Assembly: GCA_951406725.2 (NCBI GenBank)
Contig: OX597834.1
Coordinates: 6,882,001-6,946,000, forward strand
DNA from: Octopus vulgaris
Taxonomy: Eukaryota
Reading direction: 5' to 3'
DNA length: 64,000 nt
Shown here: positions 58,558-64,000 of the stretch, in pieces
How positions within the stretch are numbered: position 1 is the first letter of the stretch
How the letters are laid out: each line of letters begins with the position of its first letter
The notes under the pieces: model-generated
Databases searched by the model: none
What the model was told of the DNA's origin: nothing
The model's input: the letters and a program-made list of their open reading frames with translations, nothing else
Made by a program: the position numbers and the translations under genes

Positions 58558-59072
58558 TTTTGTAAATACCTGAAGCCTTTTTAAATAAATAAATCTAGAT
58601 AGATGACATGTGATTTAGAGAAGCAGGTAATGGGGGCCTGTACACAATCACATACACCGTGTGTGTGTGTGTGTGTTTGTGGAGGGTCATGTTTACATGA
58701 AAGAGATCCAAATGCTTTCATGTATGATGCTAGGTCAAATAATGGTTGTATAGAAATTAATTACCAAAAAATGTTGATGATAGAATTCTGTGTTAGTATT
58801 TAACATCAGTAATGGATTTTTCAATTACCTTTATTGAAGCAATATCACAAGGACAAATAATATTCTGACATTTCATTGATTTACAAATTATTTTCCAAGG
58901 CCTTTAACCTGTTCCATGTCTTGGTGTCAGGAACATTTATTGACAATTTGGAGTCAATAAGAATCTGGAGAAGGAATATTACCAACAGAACAGGTTACTG
59001 GCTTCTTGATTATATTGTTACTATTAACATTAGAATAGTAATGAAGTGAATGCACTTTTACGAAATTAGGAT

Positions 59073-59875
59073 TACTACCCTCAAGGGGACAAACACAGAG
59101 GGGACAAACAAGGACAGACAAACGGACTAAGTCGATTACATCCACCCCAGTGCGTAACTAGTACTTATTTAATCGACCGTGAAAGGATGAAAGGCAAAGT
59201 CAACCTCGGTGGAATTTGAATTCAGAACGTAGCGGCAGACGAAATACCTATTTCTTTACTACCAACAAGGAGCTAAACATAGAGGGGACAAACAAGGACA
59301 GACAAACGGACTAAGTCGATTATATCAACACCAGTGCGTAACTGGTACTTATTTAATCGAACCCGAAGGGATGAAAGGCAAAGTCGACCTCGTTGGAATT
59401 TGAACTCAGAATGTAGCAGCAGACGAAATACCTATTTCTTTACTACCAACAAGGAGCTAAACATAGAGGGGGCAAACAAGGACAGACAAACGGACTAAGT
59501 CGATTACATCGACCCCAGTGCGTAACTGGTACTTATTTAATCGACCCCGAAAGGATGAAAGGCAAAGTCGACCTCGGCGGAATTTGAACTCAGAATGTAG
59601 CGGCAGACGAAATACCTATTTCTTTACTAGCCACAAGGAGCTAAACGCAGAGGGGACAAACAAGGACAGACAAAAGGACTAAGTTGATTACATCGATTCC
59701 AGTGCATAACTGGTACTTATTTAATCAACCCCGAAAGGAAGAAAGGCAAAGTTGACCTCGGCAGAATTTGAACTCAGAACGTAACAGCAGACGAAATACC
59801 TATTTCTTTACTACCCACAAGGGGCTAAACACAGAGGGGACAAACATGGACAGACAAAGTGATTCAGTCGATTAC
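59073..59875 (-). repeat. Tandem array of family B SINE units, 184-bp period, ~4.4 units
   Basis: GAAAT|ACCTATTTCTTTACTA junctions at 59246, 59430, 59614 and 59798. Confidence 0.9.
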
Positions 59876-62443
59876 CATTGCTTCAATGGTTGGCACACAC
59901 TCTCATCATCATCATCATTATCATCAAGGCAGTGAACTGGCAGAATCATTAGCATGCTGGGTAAAATTCTTAGTGGCATTATGTCCATCTTTACATTCTA
60001 AGTTCAAATTCTGCTAAGGTTGACTTTGCCTTTCATCCACTTTCGGGACCAATGAAAAAAGTACCAGTGAAATACTGAGGTTAATGTAATTGAGTATTCC
60101 TCTCACCCCAAATTTCAGGCTTCATGCCTTTAGTAAAAATGATTATTTTTATTGTTGTTGTTGTTGGCTCTGATGAAGTAAAAAAAACGACATCCCAGGC
60201 CAGGACCTTTCCAACCTTCTCTCAGCATTAAATGTATCCTTCTTTTTTCATGATGTTAGTGTGTATTATAAAGGGTATTTTATTGTTGTTTTTAGCAGAT
60301 CAAACAGCTATGTAGCAGCTCCTACATTGGCTTGCTCTATTCAATATAAATCTATTCAATAAAAATACTTAAGGGAAGTGGCTGAGGGTGGTAGCATATT
60401 TATTGTAATAATCCCCCAAAATATTTAATCAGTTGAATTTGTTTCCATCATCATCATCGTTTAGCGTCCGCTTTCCATGCTAGAATGGGTTCGACGGTTC
60501 AACTGGGGTTTGGAAAGCCAGAAGGCTGCACCAGGCCCAGTCTGATCGGGCAGTGTTTCTACGGCTGGATGCCCTTCCTAACGCCAACCACTCCATGAGT
60601 GTAGTGGGTGCTTTTTACGTGCCACTGGCAAAGGTGCCAGACGAGGCTGGCAAACGGCCACGATCGGATGGTGCTTTTTACGTGCCACTGGCATGGGGGG
60701 CAGACGAGGCTGGCAAACGGCCACGATCGGATGGTGCTTTTTACGTGCCACCGGCACGAGGCCAGTCGGGGCAGCGCTAATACAGAGAAAAGCATTTTTA
60801 GTGTTAACGGTAATACTCATCAAGAAAAGCAAGGGATACAACCTAGAAATCCGCCGTTCAAGAATTTGGACCTGGAGATCTCCATTTCCAGCGACTTCAA
60901 GTGTCCCCCCCCCCAGTGGTGTTGGGCGTCAACGAAAAGCCCTCGACTACAACAAGACGACCAAAGATTTTTTTTCAAAGGTCTGGGGTCTCCCGCCCCT
61001 AAGCCCTAGACCATCACCTAATCACCCTTACCCGTCTTGTTGCTTAACTACAACAACAACAACAACCCAGAAATCCAAATTAGGGGAAAAACAATGAATA
61101 AGTGTATACCATAGGGAATGAGACTCTATAAATACCTATTTCTTTATTACCTACAAGGGGCTATAAATACCACCATTACTGTGACCTATATCTTGGTATG
61201 TGTGATTTTTCTGAGTTTTTTTGTTCTAGATATTCGAAATATATTTCAGTTTATAATTGGATATTCTTTTTTATTGTTTCGTCTTCTCTATCGTATTTAG
61301 GCAAAGTATTATAAAGGATTTGGACATTTATAGGAGCAAAATGTGACAAGATTTCTTTCTTTCACTCAAGGACATTCTGTTCTGTTACCAACAAAGCAAT
61401 ATTCAAAACACCTTCAGACTCTTTCTTTCCATTTGGTGCCATTGTTATTAGAATTAGAAAGAATATAAAAAAAAATCCTATTGTATTCCCAAGACCATAT
61501 TTTTAGTTGTCACCATTATGAATAGCAAGTACAACAACACTTTTTGGGTTTTTTTTCCAGTCTATTCTATGAGTCTACTGATGTAGACCAAGTCATTGCA
61601 TTGCTTCAAATCTATATTTATAAGTAACCATATAAGAAAGAAATATTTGAATAATAATAATTAGTCATACAGCTGTAGCTAATGAACAACCTACAATATG
61701 TATAAAAACTAATACATTATTCTGTATTATTTAATTCAAGTCTAATTCCGACATGGGGTGCTGGTTCAAACTCAAGGCTCTTATTCCATCACAAGATACA
61801 ATATATATACACTGGATTAGTTCTGCTTTCTACTGACTCCGGCGATTCTAAAACTTAACCGACGCACTGGAAAAGGAAGAGAAGTAACAGCAGGAGAGCG
61901 GGGGAGGGGGTGCTTGAAAAGAGAGAGAAATGAATATAATTAGCTGAGAAGGAGATGAAAGAGAAATAGGAGGAGGTAGGAAGGCCTCAAGCGAGATGAA
62001 GATAGTAATAAGTGTTTATTGAAGAAATGAGTTGCAGAAAATCAAGCCATTGAGTAAGTTTCTTCACTGCCATTGAAAGAGCCAGAAACTGTAGTCAAAT
62101 CACTCAAATAACATCATATTGCATTGAAAAAGGAAGGACACATTAGTTGCTGTAGTCTTAGACAGAAAAAGAATGTACAGCTGTGTGGTTGAAAAGCATA
62201 CTTCCCGACCATATGGTCTTAGGTTCAACCTCTGTGTGTGACCCTTTGCATAAGTTTTTACTGTGAAAGCCCCCAGACTGTTGGGAATGAATTTGATTGG
62301 CAGAAACTGAAAGAAGCCAGTTACACACTACGGTTGATATAATAGGCTTCATCAGTTTGTTTGTCCTCGTTTGACCCCTCTGTGTGAAGCCCCTTGTGGG
62401 CAGTAGAGAAATAAGAAATAAGAAACTGAAAGAAGTCTATAAA

Positions 62444-62492
<49 letters not shown>

Positions 62493-62627
62493 TGTGTGTA
62501 GTGCCACCTAAAAGACACTGAGTACACTCTGCAAAGGGGTTAGCATGAGGAAGGGCTTCCAGCTGTAGAAACTGGACCAAAACAGATATTAGGGCCTGAT
62601 GCAGACTTCTGGCTTGCCACCTTGTCA

Positions 62628-63035
62628 TACCTAATTCTTTACTATCCACAAGGGGCTAAACGCAGAGGTGACAAACAAGGACAGACAAATGGCGTAAGTC
62701 GATTATATCGACCCCAGTGTGTAACTGGTACTTAATTTATCGACCCCGAAAGGATGAAAGGCAAAGTCGACCTCGGCGGAATTTGAACTCAGAACGTAAT
62801 GGCAGACGAAATACTTATTTCTTTACTACCCACAAGGGGCTAAACACAGAGGGGACAAACAAGGACAGACAAACGGATTAAGTCGATTACATCGACCCCA
62901 GTGCATAACTGGTACTTAATTTATCGACCCCGAAAGGATGAAAGGCAAAGTCGACCTCGGCGGAATTTGAACTCAGAACGTAACGGCAGACGAAATACCG
63001 TTGAGTTTTTCGCCCGACGCACTAATGTTTCCGCC
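62628..63035 (-). mobile_element. Family B SINE dimer nested in a family E element
   Basis: Two units followed by a single head. Confidence 0.85.
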
Positions 63036-63374
63036 ATACCGTCCAGCCCATGCCAGCATGGAAAAACGATGATGATGATGGTATGTGTATTTTTGAGTGT
63101 GTGTTTTGCTTCAACAAATTCATGTGACCCATGCAAGCATAGAAAAGGGGACATTAAAAACTATGATGATGATACAGGTCCTTCAGGATGAAAGGGGGGG
63201 GGAGGATTTAAAAAAAAACCAAAGGCCTGTAGCAAAGGAATTCCAGTTATGACCATCCAGTTTGGTAAACTTATGCCAAATGAGGAAACTCATTCATTGA
63301 AATCTTTGTGATGAAAAGGAAGAGAAGGGGAAACAGGATGAGGATGATAAACAGGAATTTCACTGCAACCATCA

Positions 63375-64000
63375 AAACCACCACCACAACCACCACCACA
63401 ACCACCACCACAACCACCACTGTCATCATTCATGTCAACGTCAACATCATCACACCACCATCACCGTCATCATCATCATCATCAGCGGCAGCTGCAGCAG
63501 CACCATCATCACCATTGTCATGATGAATACCATCACCACCACCACCACCTCCACTGCCATCAGCATTCCCATTGCCATCATCATCATTGCCATCAGCGGC
63601 AGCACCAGCGCCATCACCTTTCTCACCACCACCATCACCATCATCACCATTGTCGTGATGAATACCACCACCACCACTACCACAATCATCATCACCATCC
63701 CCATAGCCATCATCATCATCATCACGATCATCATCCTCAACAACATCCTCTTCTTCTTTTTCTTCTTCTTCTCCTTCTTCTTCTTCTCCTTCTTCTTCTT
63801 CTTCTTCTTCTTCTTCTCCTCCTCCTCCTTCTTCTTCGTCTTCTTCTTCTTCTTCTTCTTCTTCTTCTTCTTCTTTTTTTCCTTCTTCTTCTACTTCTTC
63901 TTCTTCTCCTCCTCCTCTTCCTCCTCCTTCTTCTTCTTCTTCGTTGTCTTCTTCGTCTTCTTCTTCTTCTTCTTCTTCTTCTCCTTCTCTTTCTTCTTCT
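63375..64000. repeat. (CAC/CAT)n tract, then a (CTT)n polypyrimidine tract from ~63745
   Basis: Direct reading. Confidence 0.95.

Noticed and set aside
60608-61097. 133-134-aa ORFs
   Set aside because: They begin in family E repeats; the unique part shows no recognisable motif.

Overview
AT-rich, repeat-saturated eukaryotic non-coding DNA. The (TA)n/(CA)n/(CAT)n tracts and tRNA-derived SINE families suggest an Octopus-like cephalopod (inference, not proven). I recognise no host protein-coding gene, and nearly all track ORFs are microsatellite or SINE read-through. The only real coding remnants are a decayed DD37D (maT-type Tc1/mariner) transposase (~48.95-49.49 kb) and an RTE-clade LINE 3' end (~43.55-44.03 kb). 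There are at least five SINE-like families (working labels A-E), several MITEs and Helitron-like elements, a 23-bp minisatellite, a 1.36-kb (CAT)n tract and a decayed intron-containing tRNA-Ile(UAU). The main signal is about 17 short, sequence-diverse inserts sitting in or against (TA)n tracts. Ten carry type I hammerhead-ribozyme folds (two with a compensatory U3-A8 core) and nine are asymmetric fold-backs (hairpin plus, in most, a ~90-140 bp tail). One element has both. Together they look like a multi-family, microsatellite-targeting Penelope-like retroelement system. Also seen: 184-bp SINE self-tandem arrays, two templated inverted duplications and a candidate recursive splice site. Coordinates and folds were read by eye and may be off by a few bases.
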